NCBI GenBank assembly: GCA_009838525.1
Contig: VXRJ01000004.1
Location: 36,190-100,189, forward strand
DNA: 64,000 nt
Direction: 5' to 3'
Source of the DNA: Acidobacteriota bacterium
Lineage (GTDB): Bacteria > Acidobacteriota > Vicinamibacteria > Vicinamibacterales > UBA8438
Under the pieces are notes generated by a model, which searched no databases, was not told the DNA's origin, and worked only from the letters and a program-made list of their open reading frames with translations. The translations under genes were made by a program, and so were the position numbers. Of this stretch, positions 18,072 to 27,349 are shown in pieces; the first letter of the stretch is position 1; each line of letters begins with the position of its first letter.

Positions 18072-20093
18072 ATGCGCGCGAGACATGCCGCCGTTGCTGC
18101 GTTCCTGCTGGGTCTGGCTGTTACCCCGGGCGGCGCGCAGGCGCCGACTTCCCCGCGCAACGCGAACTACGACATCGACGTCACCCTCGATCCGGCGGCC
18201 CGGACGCTGACCGGCCGCGAGACGCTCACCTGGCGCAACATCTCGCCCAATCCCACGTCCGAACTGCAGTTCCATCTCTACTACAACGCCTGGCGCAACA
18301 CGCGCTCCACCTGGATGCGCGAACGGCTTCTGGGTCGGGGCGCCGGTCTGCACAACCGCGCGGAAGAAGACTGGGGCTGGATCGACGTAACCAGCATGCG
18401 CCTGCGGGGTGGCGCGGCGGGCGGCGACGACCTCGACCTGTTGGGTCAAGCGGCGTTCATCGCCCCCGATGACGGCAACCCGGACGACCGGACGGTCCTG
18501 CGCGTGCCTCTCCCCGCTCCCGTCGCGCCCGGAGAGACGATCGACGTCGAGATCGAGTGGACCACCCGAATCCCGCGTCCCTTCGCACGCACCGGCGCCG
18601 TGGGCGACTACTTCTTTCTGGCCCACTGGTTCCCGAAGATCGGCGTGCTCGAGGCGGACGGCTGGAACTGCCATCAGTTCCACACGGGGACGGAGTTCTT
18701 CTCCGACTACGGCGTCTACGACGTCCGGATCACCGCGCCATCCGGCTGGGTGGTGGGCGCCACGGGCCGCGCGCAGGGAGTGACCGACAACGGCGACGGA
18801 AAGACGATCCACACCTTCCACGCGGAGGACGTGCACGAGTTTGCGTGGACCACGAGCCCCGACTTCGTGGTGGTGGAGGACCGGTTCGAACACCCGACGC
18901 TGCCGCCGGTCGACATGCGCCTGCTGCTGCAGCCGGAGCACGCGGGCCAGGAAGAGCGCCACTTCCGGCCCACGCGCGAGACCCTCCGCCTCTACGGCGA
19001 GTGGTTCGGCGCGTACCCCTGGGACCACCTCACCATCGTCGATCCGGCCTGGCGGAGCAGCTCCGGCGGGATGGAGTACCCGATGTTCATCACCGCCGGC
19101 ACGCGCTGGCTGGCCCCCGCCTCGACCGACGGCCCGGAGGAAGTGACGGTCCATGAGGCGGGGCACATGTTCTTCCAGAGCGGTGTCGGCAACAACGAGA
19201 TGGAGCACTCGTGGATCGACGAGGGGCTGGATACCTACGCCACCGCGCGCGTGATGGAACAGGAGTTCCCGTTCGTCCGCGAGCTCCGGTTCTTCGGCGG
19301 CTTCGTGCCCTGGCCGCAACCGGACGTCCCGTGGGATCGCGTCATCCACGGCGATCGCATCGCCGGCTACCGTGCCGCCGCGCGCTCCGACGTGCAGGCG
19401 ACGCCGACGTTCCGCTACTGGCCAGGAACCGGCGGCGCGATTACCTACAACAAGTCGGCCCTCTACCTGCACACGCTGGAACGGCATCTTGGCTGGGACG
19501 TGGTGCGGCGCGGCATGGCGGACTTCTACCGGCAATGGAAGTTCGGCCACCCGAAGCCGAACGACTTCTTCGACGCCATGAACGGGGCGGCCGGCGAAGA
19601 CCTCGGCTGGTTCTTCGATCAGGTGCATGGCAGCTCCGCCGTCTTCGACTACGGCATCGCCGCGCTCAGCAGCCGCAATGCGGCCGGGCGGGGATGGTTC
19701 GATGACGGCCGCTACCGGGACGAATCGGGAAGCGGCGCCGGCGCGAACCGCGAGGCCCGGTCCGGGCCCGACAACTGGTACGAATCGCTCGTGACCGTCC
19801 GCCGTTACGGCGACGGCATCTTCCCCGTCGAGGTCGTCGTCGAGTTCGCCGACGGCACGAGCGAACGCCGCCGCTGGGACGGTCAGGCCCAGTGGACCTA
19901 TTACCGGTTCGTCCGTCCGTCCCGCGCCGTGACCGCAACCGTGGACCCGGATCGTGTCTTGTTGCTGGACATCGACTTCACTAACAACAGCCGGACCACC
20001 CGGTCGCGCGCGGGCGAAGCGGCGGCCAAGTGGACGCTCGCCTGGATCGTCTGGGTCCAGGATCTCCTCCTGACGGCCGGCTTTCTCGCATGA
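18072..20093 (+). CDS. M1-family zinc metallopeptidase (secreted)
   Basis: ATG 18072 gives the signal peptide MRARHAAVAAFLLGLAVTPGGAQA. Gluzincin motif HEAGH-x18-E (HEAGHMFF...WIDEGLDTY). Confidence 0.88.
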   Translation: MRARHAAVAAFLLGLAVTPGGAQAPTSPRNANYDIDVTLDPAARTLTGRETLTWRNISPNPTSELQFHLYYNAWRNTRSTWMRERLLGRGAGLHNRAEEDWGWIDVTSMRLRGGAAGGDDLDLLGQAAFIAPDDGNPDDRTVLRVPLPAPVAPGETIDVEIEWTTRIPRPFARTGAVGDYFFLAHWFPKIGVLEADGWNCHQFHTGTEFFSDYGVYDVRITAPSGWVVGATGRAQGVTDNGDGKTIHTFHAEDVHEFAWTTSPDFVVVEDRFEHPTLPPVDMRLLLQPEHAGQEERHFRPTRETLRLYGEWFGAYPWDHLTIVDPAWRSSSGGMEYPMFITAGTRWLAPASTDGPEEVTVHEAGHMFFQSGVGNNEMEHSWIDEGLDTYATARVMEQEFPFVRELRFFGGFVPWPQPDVPWDRVIHGDRIAGYRAAARSDVQATPTFRYWPGTGGAITYNKSALYLHTLERHLGWDVVRRGMADFYRQWKFGHPKPNDFFDAMNGAAGEDLGWFFDQVHGSSAVFDYGIAALSSRNAAGRGWFDDGRYRDESGSGAGANREARSGPDNWYESLVTVRRYGDGIFPVEVVVEFADGTSERRRWDGQAQWTYYRFVRPSRAVTATVDPDRVLLLDIDFTNNSRTTRSRAGEAAAKWTLAWIVWVQDLLLTAGFLA

Positions 20094-21094
20094 TCTCCGC
20101 TTTCCTCGACGGGCTTCGCCGCGCCGCCGCCGCACCGCTGGTGGTCGTGGGCATCTGGGCGGCCACTCTCGCCACCGCGCTGCCCCTGGCGCTGATGCTG
20201 TTTCTCGGCATCGCCGGCGACCTCGGGCCGAGCGTCACCTCCGCCGCGGTGGCCGAGGGTTGGGACGAGATGTGGTGGACCGAGTTCCGCGGCGACGCGA
20301 ACGCGGTCGAGGGCACGTTCGGTCCCTGGGTGATCGGCTTCGCGGCGGCCCTGTTCAACCTGTCGAACCTCCTCGACGGGGTGCCGCCCCGGGCGGCCAC
20401 GCTGCCGGCGATCGTCTGGTTTCTCGCCTGGATCTTTCTCGCCGGCGGCGTGATCGACCGGTTGGCGCGACAGCGGCCCATCGGCAGCGCCGCCTTCTTC
20501 TCCGCGTGCGGCGGTTTCGTCGGGCGCTTCGTCCGGCTCGGCCTCATCGCGGCCGTCGCCTACGGCGTGCTGTTCCTGTGGTTCCGTCCCTGGCTGTTCG
20601 GCGACGTGTACGAATCGCTCGCGCGCGACGCCACGGTCGAGCGAACCTGGGCAGTGACCCGCTTCGGGCTCTACGTGATCTTCGGCGCGGCCCTCGCCGC
20701 CGCCGACCTGGTGTTCGACTACACGCGGGTCCGCGCCGTCGTGGAGGATCGCCGCAGCATGATCGGCGCCCTTCTCGCCACGCTTCGGTTCATGCGCCGC
20801 CATCCGGCCGGCGTCGCGGGGCTGTGGCTTCTGAACGGCCTGCTCCTCGCGCTCGTCTACGCCGCCTACGCTCTCGTCGCCCCGGGGGCCGGAGCGAGCG
20901 GCGGGGCCGTCTGGGGCGCCTTCGCCGTCGGCCAGCTCTACATCGCGGCGCGCGTGTTCGCCCGGCTCGCGGCGTACGCCTCGCAGATCTCCTACTTCCA
21001 GTCCCGGCTCGCCCACGCTACCTACGTGGCCAGCCCCGAGCCGCGCTGGCCGGACTCGCCGAGCGCCGAGGCCTTGGGCCCGCCGGCGACGTAG
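20090..21094 (+). CDS. polytopic membrane protein, unknown function
   Basis: ATG 20090 overlaps the peptidase stop (ATGA). About 8 hydrophobic helices. No family recognised. Confidence 0.7.
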   Translation: MISAFLDGLRRAAAAPLVVVGIWAATLATALPLALMLFLGIAGDLGPSVTSAAVAEGWDEMWWTEFRGDANAVEGTFGPWVIGFAAALFNLSNLLDGVPPRAATLPAIVWFLAWIFLAGGVIDRLARQRPIGSAAFFSACGGFVGRFVRLGLIAAVAYGVLFLWFRPWLFGDVYESLARDATVERTWAVTRFGLYVIFGAALAAADLVFDYTRVRAVVEDRRSMIGALLATLRFMRRHPAGVAGLWLLNGLLLALVYAAYALVAPGAGASGGAVWGAFAVGQLYIAARVFARLAAYASQISYFQSRLAHATYVASPEPRWPDSPSAEALGPPAT

Positions 21095-21154
21095 CCGCCC
21101 GTCCGGCCGGCGCCGCCACCCGCCGGGCGCCGGCTGGCGTGGCGAACATGGCTG

Positions 21155-22588
21155 CTACCGGCGCTTGAGGGCGCGGCGAATCCGATCCGCCAGCGTCTTG
21201 ACCACCTTCACGCGCGCGTAGCGTTTGTCGTTGCCTTCGACCAGCGTCCACGGCGCGCGGCGAGTGCTGGTGCGATCCACCATCTCGTTGACGGCGTCGG
21301 CGTAGGCGTTCCACTTGTCCCGGTTGCGCCAGTCCTCGTCGGTGATCTTCCACTGCTTGTGCGCGATTTCCTGCCGCTTGCGGAACCGGTCGAGCTGCTC
21401 GTCCCTGCTGACATGCAGCCAGAACTTCACCACGACGACGCCATGCTCCGTAAGCTGTTCCTCGAAGTCGTTGATCTCGTCATAGGCCCGCTGCCATTCG
21501 TCGGGGCGCGCGAACTTCTCGACCCGCTCCACGAGGACGCGGCCGTACCAGCTCCGGTCGAAGATCGTGACGTGGCCAGCCCGACCGATGTGACGCCAGA
21601 AGCGCCAGAGGTAGTGGTGCGCGAGTTCTTCGTCGGTCGGCGCCGCGATGGGGACGATCTGGAAATAGCGCGCGTCCAGCGCCGCCGTGCAGCGGCGGAC
21701 TGCGCCCCCCTTGCCGGAGGCGTCCCACCCTTCGAAGACGGCGATGGTCGAGATGCCGCGCTCGCGGGCGAGACGCTGGGCTTCGTACAGTCGGCCCTGG
21801 TGACGTTCGAGGTCGACCAGCGCGCGCCTCTTGGACACGGTCCTCGTGAGGTCGAGGGCGGACAGTCGGTCCTTTACGGGGGAGGCGACAGCCGGCGTCG
21901 CCGGCGCCCCGGGGACGGACGCCGATGCGCTCTTCAGAGCCTGGCGGATCGCGTCGCGGACGGCGGTGGCGACGCCCGTCATCGGAGATTTCGCGTCCGA
22001 GCGGTCGATGACACGCCAGGGCGCAGCCGGACTGTCCGTCAGGTCGGCGGCGCGCTTCCAGACCCGGACGACGGCGTCGTGGCGCTGGAGGCGGTGCCAT
22101 TGGTCGGCCCCGGCCCGCCAGCGGCGAAGCGGATCGGCCTCCAGAGCCTTCAACCGCTCGCGCTGCGTCTCCTGATCGACATGGAGCCAGATCTTCACGA
22201 CGACCGCCCCGTCGTCGGTCATCGCGCGCTCGAAGCGGTTGATCTCCCGCACCTGGCGTTCGAAGGCCCGTTTGCCCGACCGGCTCTCCGCGAAGTCCTG
22301 TATGACCGGGCCGTACCAGCCGCTGAGGTAGAGCGCCACCAGGCCGCGCGGTGGGAGTGCGCGCCAGTAGCGCCAGAACCAGGGACGCTCCCGTTCCTCG
22401 TCGGACGGCTCGCCCCAGGCCCACGTCTTGAGCCAGCGGGGGTCCATCCAGGCGTTCAGTTCGTTCGCAGTGTCTCCCCGATCCGCGGTCTCGGGGCCGG
22501 CGAGGACGACGAGCACCGGGCCCGCGCCCTGTTTGCGGAGTTCGTGCTGCGCGGCAAGCAGGTCGGTGCGTAGGACGGACTCGGCCAC
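21155..22588 (-). CDS. two-domain polyphosphate kinase 2 (polyphosphate:AMP phosphotransferase-like)
   Basis: Two PPK2 repeats. The C-terminal repeat has an intact Walker A, FEGWDASGKGG. The N-terminal repeat is degenerate (LAGPETADRG). Start is uncertain: GTG 22588 or TTG 22633. The rest of ORF 21155..23029 is antisense to the BON gene. Confidence 0.85.
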   Translation of the reverse strand: MAESVLRTDLLAAQHELRKQGAGPVLVVLAGPETADRGDTANELNAWMDPRWLKTWAWGEPSDEERERPWFWRYWRALPPRGLVALYLSGWYGPVIQDFAESRSGKRAFERQVREINRFERAMTDDGAVVVKIWLHVDQETQRERLKALEADPLRRWRAGADQWHRLQRHDAVVRVWKRAADLTDSPAAPWRVIDRSDAKSPMTGVATAVRDAIRQALKSASASVPGAPATPAVASPVKDRLSALDLTRTVSKRRALVDLERHQGRLYEAQRLARERGISTIAVFEGWDASGKGGAVRRCTAALDARYFQIVPIAAPTDEELAHHYLWRFWRHIGRAGHVTIFDRSWYGRVLVERVEKFARPDEWQRAYDEINDFEEQLTEHGVVVVKFWLHVSRDEQLDRFRKRQEIAHKQWKITDEDWRNRDKWNAYADAVNEMVDRTSTRRAPWTLVEGNDKRYARVKVVKTLADRIRRALKRR

Positions 22589-22663
22589 CGGCGTCAACTC
22601 TAGCAGGCGCGCGACCGCACGGGTGTGGTACAAGGGAGGGAGACCCGGCGCCGGGAGAACAGG

Positions 22664-23422
22664 ATGATTACGATGCCCCGTTCCGTTGTTCGTACCTGCG
22701 TTGCCCTGACCTTCGTTGCCGCCACGGCCGTGGCGTCGCCGACCGGCGCAGCCCTCGCCGAGGGGCAGACACCCGATCAACTGCAGAAGCGGGTCGAGGA
22801 CGCGTTGCACGATGAACGCGCGTGGCGGAACCTCGAAGTGACGGTTGCGGGCGACGAAGCGACGCTCACCGGACGACTCAACCACTTCTGGGACAAGCAC
22901 CGGGCCATTCAGCGGGCCCTCTCCGTCAACGGCATCAGCTTCGTCGCCAGCGAGATCGTCATACCGGTGGAAGAAGATCAGCAGAAACTCGCGGAGGAGG
23001 TCGGGCGCCAGGTGCAGCGGTATCCCCACTACACGATGTGGGACGTCATCGACGGCCGCCTCGACAACGGCGCCGTCACGCTTTTCGGCAGCGTGACGCC
23101 GGAGCGCGACAAGTCCGGCGAACTGTTCGAGCGGATCGCCAAGATCCGCGGGGTGCAGGACGTGCAGGTGAACTTCGACGTGCTGCCGCCTTCAACTTCC
23201 GATGACAGGCTGCGCTACGCCATCGCGCGGCAGGTATTCAGGAGCCCGCACTTCGAGCGCTTCGGGACGATGACCAACCCTCCGTTCCACATCATCGTGG
23301 ACAACGGAGTCGTCACACTGGTCGGCTACGTCCCGAGCCAGATCGAGCTGCTTGAGCTTCAGCGGATCGTGGCCCAGACGCAAGGGGTGCTGCGGGTCGA
23401 GAACCAGTTGCAGACCCAGTAG
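22664..23422 (+). CDS. periplasmic BON-domain protein (OsmY-like, three BON repeats)
   Basis: ATG 22664 after GGGAGGGA, with a signal peptide. Three repeats of the type ...VTLTGRL...A..A..V.GV..V.N.L. Confidence 0.8.
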   Translation: MITMPRSVVRTCVALTFVAATAVASPTGAALAEGQTPDQLQKRVEDALHDERAWRNLEVTVAGDEATLTGRLNHFWDKHRAIQRALSVNGISFVASEIVIPVEEDQQKLAEEVGRQVQRYPHYTMWDVIDGRLDNGAVTLFGSVTPERDKSGELFERIAKIRGVQDVQVNFDVLPPSTSDDRLRYAIARQVFRSPHFERFGTMTNPPFHIIVDNGVVTLVGYVPSQIELLELQRIVAQTQGVLRVENQLQTQ

Positions 23423-25754
23423 GCCGGGTCACCGGCACACCGGGCGCCAGCTCGAGCGCGTCCCCCTCGTGCACGATGATGGCCGGCGTATCTCCGGTCA
23501 GCGTGTAGGTAGCCTCGGCCGGAGTCATTTCGACGTCGAGCCGCTGCCCGCGGATTTGCAGCGCGAAGCGGAGCCGCCCGAGCGCCTCCGGGACCCGCGG
23601 CGAGAACTTGATGGCCCCCCGGAAGTCGCGCATCCCGGCGAAGCCGTAGATCAGCGTCATCCAGAACCCGCCCATCGAGGCGATATGGCAGCCGTCCTGC
23701 ACGTTGCCGGCCACATCCGCGAGATCCATGAGCCCGGCGTCGGTCGAATAGCGGAACGCCCGGTCCGCCTCCCCCACCTCGGAGGCGACGATGCTCTCGA
23801 TCGAGCACGAGAGTGAGGAATCGCGCGTCGTCAGCGGATCGTAGAAGTTGAAGTTGTTCCGCTTCTGTTCGAACGAAAACTCGTCGCCCAGAAGGAACAT
23901 CGCCAGCACGACGTCCGCCTGCTTGACCACCCGGTGACGGTATATGACGAGCGGATGGTAGTGCAGCAGCAGCGGGTACTTGTCCTGCGGCGTGTTCGCG
24001 AAATCCCAGTCCTCTTTTTCGTTGAAGCTGTCGTCCTGCAGGTGGACCCGTTGCGATTCGTCGTACGGGACGTACATCAGGCTCGCGGCGCGCCGCCATT
24101 CGTCCACTTCGTCCAGATCGAGCCCGGTATCCCGAACCAGTGCGGCAAACTGCGCCGGATCGGCGTCGTGCAACCGGTTGATCGTGGCGGCGGCATACCA
24201 GAGGTTCTCGCGCGCCATCAGGTTGGTATAGAGATTGTTGTTCACCACCGTGTTGTATTCGTCCGGCCCGGTGACGCCGTTGATCTTGAAACTGACGTCG
24301 TCCGGACGATCCGGCCGCTGCGCATAGAAACCCAGGTCCGCCCAGAGCCGCGCCGTCTCCACGAGGAGCTCGGCGCCCACCTTCGCCAGGAAGTCGTCGT
24401 CCCCCGTCACGTCGACGTACTTGCGCAGCGCGTAGGCGATATCCGCGTTTATGTGGTACTGCGCCGTGCCGGCCGCGTAGTAGGCGGAGGCCTCGTCGCC
24501 GTTGATTGTCCGCCAGGGGAAGAGCGCGCCCTTCTGGTTCACCTCACGCGCCCGTTGGCGCGCCTTGCCGAGGTAGCGGTGCCGCTCGCGCAGCAGGTTC
24601 TGCGCAATGCGCGGCGTCGTGTAGGTGAGAAACGGCAGGAGATAGATCTCGGTGTCCCAGAAATAGTGGCCCTCGTACCCGGGTCCGGTCAGCCCCTTCG
24701 CGGGAACGCCTACCCCCTCGGCGCGCGCCGTCGCCTGGCAGATGTGAAACAGGTTGAACCGGATCGTCCGCTGCCATTCCCGGTGACCGACGACGATGTC
24801 GGCGCGGTCCCAGAATCCGTCGAGAAAGCGGCGTTGGCTCTCGAGCAGGTCCTGAACGCCGCGCTTGACCGCCCGGTCCAGCACGCGCCGCGCCTCGCGG
24901 CAGAGCTCTTCCGCACCGCGGCGGCTCGATGAGGAGTGGTAGGCGATGTACTTGACGATCCGGATCCGCGTGTTCGCCCTGCCGTCGATCGAGAAGACGA
25001 CGCGGCCGCCCGCGGCGTCGGCCTGTGTCTCCGTGGTGACGGCGCAGTCGGTTTCAACGGTGTGATCGACCGAGCACGACAGCGTCATCCCGCTCGACCT
25101 GGCGGCGTAGCCCCGGACGATGCGGAGGCCGCGCGTCTCGCTGACGCGCGACTTGAGCACCTCGCATCCCACCTGCCTGCTGCGGGGGTCGCCGTTCTGA
25201 TGTTCGGCACGGCGCGAATCGGCAATCTCGGACTCGATCACAACCGGCGCGTCGTGGGCCAGGGTCACGTCGTAGATGATCGCCGCAAGGTGCCGGTGCT
25301 CGAGCGAGACGATGCGTCTCGACTCGAGGGTGACGCGCTGGCCCGAGCTGTGGCGCCACACCAGGCGGCGGTCGAGCGTGCCGGCCCGCATGTCGAGCGC
25401 CCGCTCGAACTCGTCGAGCGTGGCGGTCGGCAGGAAGAGCGGTTCGTCGTCGACGTAGAGCCGGAGGATCTTCGCGTCCGGCACGTCGACAATCGTCTGT
25501 CCCACCTTGGCGAAGCCGAACGCCTCCTCGGCGTACACGATCGGCCAGGTCTCGTGGAAACCGTTCACGTAGGTGCCGCTGTAGGCGACCGGCAGCCCTT
25601 CGTCGCAGGTACCGCGCATGCCGACGTAGCCGTTGGCGAGGGCAAAGATCGACTCCGACGCGGCAAGACGCCGCTCATCGAATTCCGTCTCGATGAGACG
25701 CCACTCGTCGTGCTTGTAGATGCCGTCAAGCGAGTGCGGCCTGTGGTTCGCCAT
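23313..25754 (-). CDS. glycoside hydrolase family 65 phosphorylase (trehalose/maltose/kojibiose phosphorylase-like)
   Basis: 813 aa. N-terminal FALANGYVGMRG and catalytic-domain YEGHYFWDTEIY. The 3' end overlaps the convergent BON gene by 110 nt. Confidence 0.9.
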   Translation of the reverse strand: MANHRPHSLDGIYKHDEWRLIETEFDERRLAASESIFALANGYVGMRGTCDEGLPVAYSGTYVNGFHETWPIVYAEEAFGFAKVGQTIVDVPDAKILRLYVDDEPLFLPTATLDEFERALDMRAGTLDRRLVWRHSSGQRVTLESRRIVSLEHRHLAAIIYDVTLAHDAPVVIESEIADSRRAEHQNGDPRSRQVGCEVLKSRVSETRGLRIVRGYAARSSGMTLSCSVDHTVETDCAVTTETQADAAGGRVVFSIDGRANTRIRIVKYIAYHSSSSRRGAEELCREARRVLDRAVKRGVQDLLESQRRFLDGFWDRADIVVGHREWQRTIRFNLFHICQATARAEGVGVPAKGLTGPGYEGHYFWDTEIYLLPFLTYTTPRIAQNLLRERHRYLGKARQRAREVNQKGALFPWRTINGDEASAYYAAGTAQYHINADIAYALRKYVDVTGDDDFLAKVGAELLVETARLWADLGFYAQRPDRPDDVSFKINGVTGPDEYNTVVNNNLYTNLMARENLWYAAATINRLHDADPAQFAALVRDTGLDLDEVDEWRRAASLMYVPYDESQRVHLQDDSFNEKEDWDFANTPQDKYPLLLHYHPLVIYRHRVVKQADVVLAMFLLGDEFSFEQKRNNFNFYDPLTTRDSSLSCSIESIVASEVGEADRAFRYSTDAGLMDLADVAGNVQDGCHIASMGGFWMTLIYGFAGMRDFRGAIKFSPRVPEALGRLRFALQIRGQRLDVEMTPAEATYTLTGDTPAIIVHEGDALELAPGVPVTRPTGSATGSRPAAPLASGPRSAEAQAARSGSGRSRPV

Positions 25755-26623
25755 TAGCCCAGCGTCTCGGCCAGATCGTTCACGACGACATCCGCTCCCG
25801 CCGCCGCCAGCTCCGTCGGCGCGCCGGTCCGGTCAATCGCGACGACCAGCCCGAACCCGCCGCCGCGCGCCGCCTGCACACCGGCGATCGCATCCTCGAC
25901 AACCGCCGCACGGTCCGGCGGGATGCCCATTGCCCGCGCCGCATGCACGAACATGTCGGGCGCCGGCTTCCCGGCCAGTCCCTCCGCCTCCGCCGTCAGT
26001 CCGTCGACCCGTAGTTCGAAGCGATCCGCAATTCCCGCCGCGTCCAGTATTTCCCCGCACCCGCGGCTCGACGAAACGACGGCTGTCCGCACGCCGTTCG
26101 CGCGCAGGTGCCGGACCACGGCCAGCGAGCCATCGTAGGTCTCGACGCCCTCGGTTGCCACCAGCTCGTGAAACAGCGCGTTCTTCCGGTTGCCCAGGGC
26201 GCAGACGGTTCCGTCCCCGGGAGCATCCGACGGCTCGCCGTCCGGCAAGGTGATTCCGCGCGATTCCAGAAACGCCCGCACGCCGTCATAGCGCGGCCGC
26301 CCGTCAACGTAGCGCGTGTAGTCCCGGTCCTCGAACGGGCGAAAGCACGCGCCGGCGGGCCCGCCGGCCGGTGCGCCGGTCGGTGCGCCGGTCTCCAGAC
26401 CGGCACTTCCAGCACGTCCGCCGCTTCCGGCACCTGCGGCAGCCGCCTCCCGATCCGCCAGAAACCGGTCGAACATCCGCTTCCAGCTCGCTGCATGCAA
26501 CCGCGCGGTCGCTGTCAACACACCATCCAGATCGAACAGCACCGCTTCGTAGGCAGCCCACTCGATCGGGGCAGCGCCCCGGCCCGCCGGCGCTTGCAGG
26601 GACTCGCCCTGCCGGACGGTCAA
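25754..26623 (-). CDS. pgmB: beta-phosphoglucomutase-family HAD hydrolase
   Basis: HAD motif [18 protein letters not shown] and [17 protein letters not shown] overlap with the GH65 start. Putative TTG start at 26623. Contains an Ala/Gly-rich insert that coincides with the hairpin repeat. Confidence 0.85.
   Translation of the reverse strand: MTVRQGESLQAPAGRGAAPIEWAAYEAVLFDLDGVLTATARLHAASWKRMFDRFLADREAAAAGAGSGGRAGSAGLETGAPTGAPAGGPAGACFRPFEDRDYTRYVDGRPRYDGVRAFLESRGITLPDGEPSDAPGDGTVCALGNRKNALFHELVATEGVETYDGSLAVVRHLRANGVRTAVVSSSRGCGEILDAAGIADRFELRVDGLTAEAEGLAGKPAPDMFVHAARAMGIPPDRAAVVEDAIAGVQAARGGGFGLVVAIDRTGAPTELAAAGADVVVNDLAETLG
26370..26405 (-). repeat. REP/RPE-like hairpin repeat (reverse orientation, one full plus one partial copy) inside pgmB
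   Basis: GGTGCGCCGGTC followed by GGTGCGCCGGTCTCCAGACCGGCA. The stem GCCGGTC/GACCGGC is a compensated variant of the consensus. Confidence 0.75.
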
Positions 26624-27285
26624 CGTGCGGGGGTCTCCCTCACCACCCCGACCGGGCAGGAGACGCCGGTCCCGCCATGGCCGCAGTAACCGAACGGATT
26701 CTTGGCCAGGTACTGCTGGTGGTACTCCTCGGCGTAGTAGAACGGCGGCGCCTCGCGGATCTCGGTCGTGACCGGCCCGTAGCCCGCTCCGGCCAGGAGC
26801 GGCGCGTAGCGGTCGCGCGACGCCTCGGCGACTCGCACCCGCTCGTCGCCCGCCACGTAGACGGTGGAGCGGTACTGCGTGCCGACGTCGTTCCCCTGGC
26901 GCATCCCCTGCGTCGGGTCATGGTTCTCCCAGAAGATCGACAGGAGGCGGTCGAACGGCAGCGCTCGCGATTCGTAGACCACCAGGACCACCTCCGCGTG
27001 GCCCGTCCCGCCGCTGCACACCTCGCGGTAGGTCGCGTTCCGGGTCAGTCCGCCCGCGTAGCCCACGGCGGTCGTGTAGACCCCCTCGACGTTCCAGAAC
27101 GCCTTCTCCGCGCCCCAGAAACAACCCATCCCGAAGAGCACCTGCTCCGTCCCCTCGGGGAAAGGCGGGACGATCGGCCGGCCATGCACGAAGTGTTGCC
27201 GCGACACCGGCATCGGCTCGTCGCGGCCCGGAAGCGCCGAGTCGGCGTCCGGCATCCGAAGACTGGCCGGGTTGGCGAACAGCAT
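26620..27285 (-). CDS. msrA: peptide-methionine (S)-S-oxide reductase
   Basis: 221 aa. Catalytic GMGCFWGAE, then GHAEVV and YHQQYL. 4-nt overlap with the pgmB start. Confidence 0.93.
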   Translation of the reverse strand: MLFANPASLRMPDADSALPGRDEPMPVSRQHFVHGRPIVPPFPEGTEQVLFGMGCFWGAEKAFWNVEGVYTTAVGYAGGLTRNATYREVCSGGTGHAEVVLVVYESRALPFDRLLSIFWENHDPTQGMRQGNDVGTQYRSTVYVAGDERVRVAEASRDRYAPLLAGAGYGPVTTEIREAPPFYYAEEYHQQYLAKNPFGYCGHGGTGVSCPVGVVRETPAR

Positions 27286-27349
27286 GCGTTTCTCCTCTCG
27301 CCGCCGCTCGCGAGCGGCGTCTCAGCGATACAGCATATAGTGATCCGCC

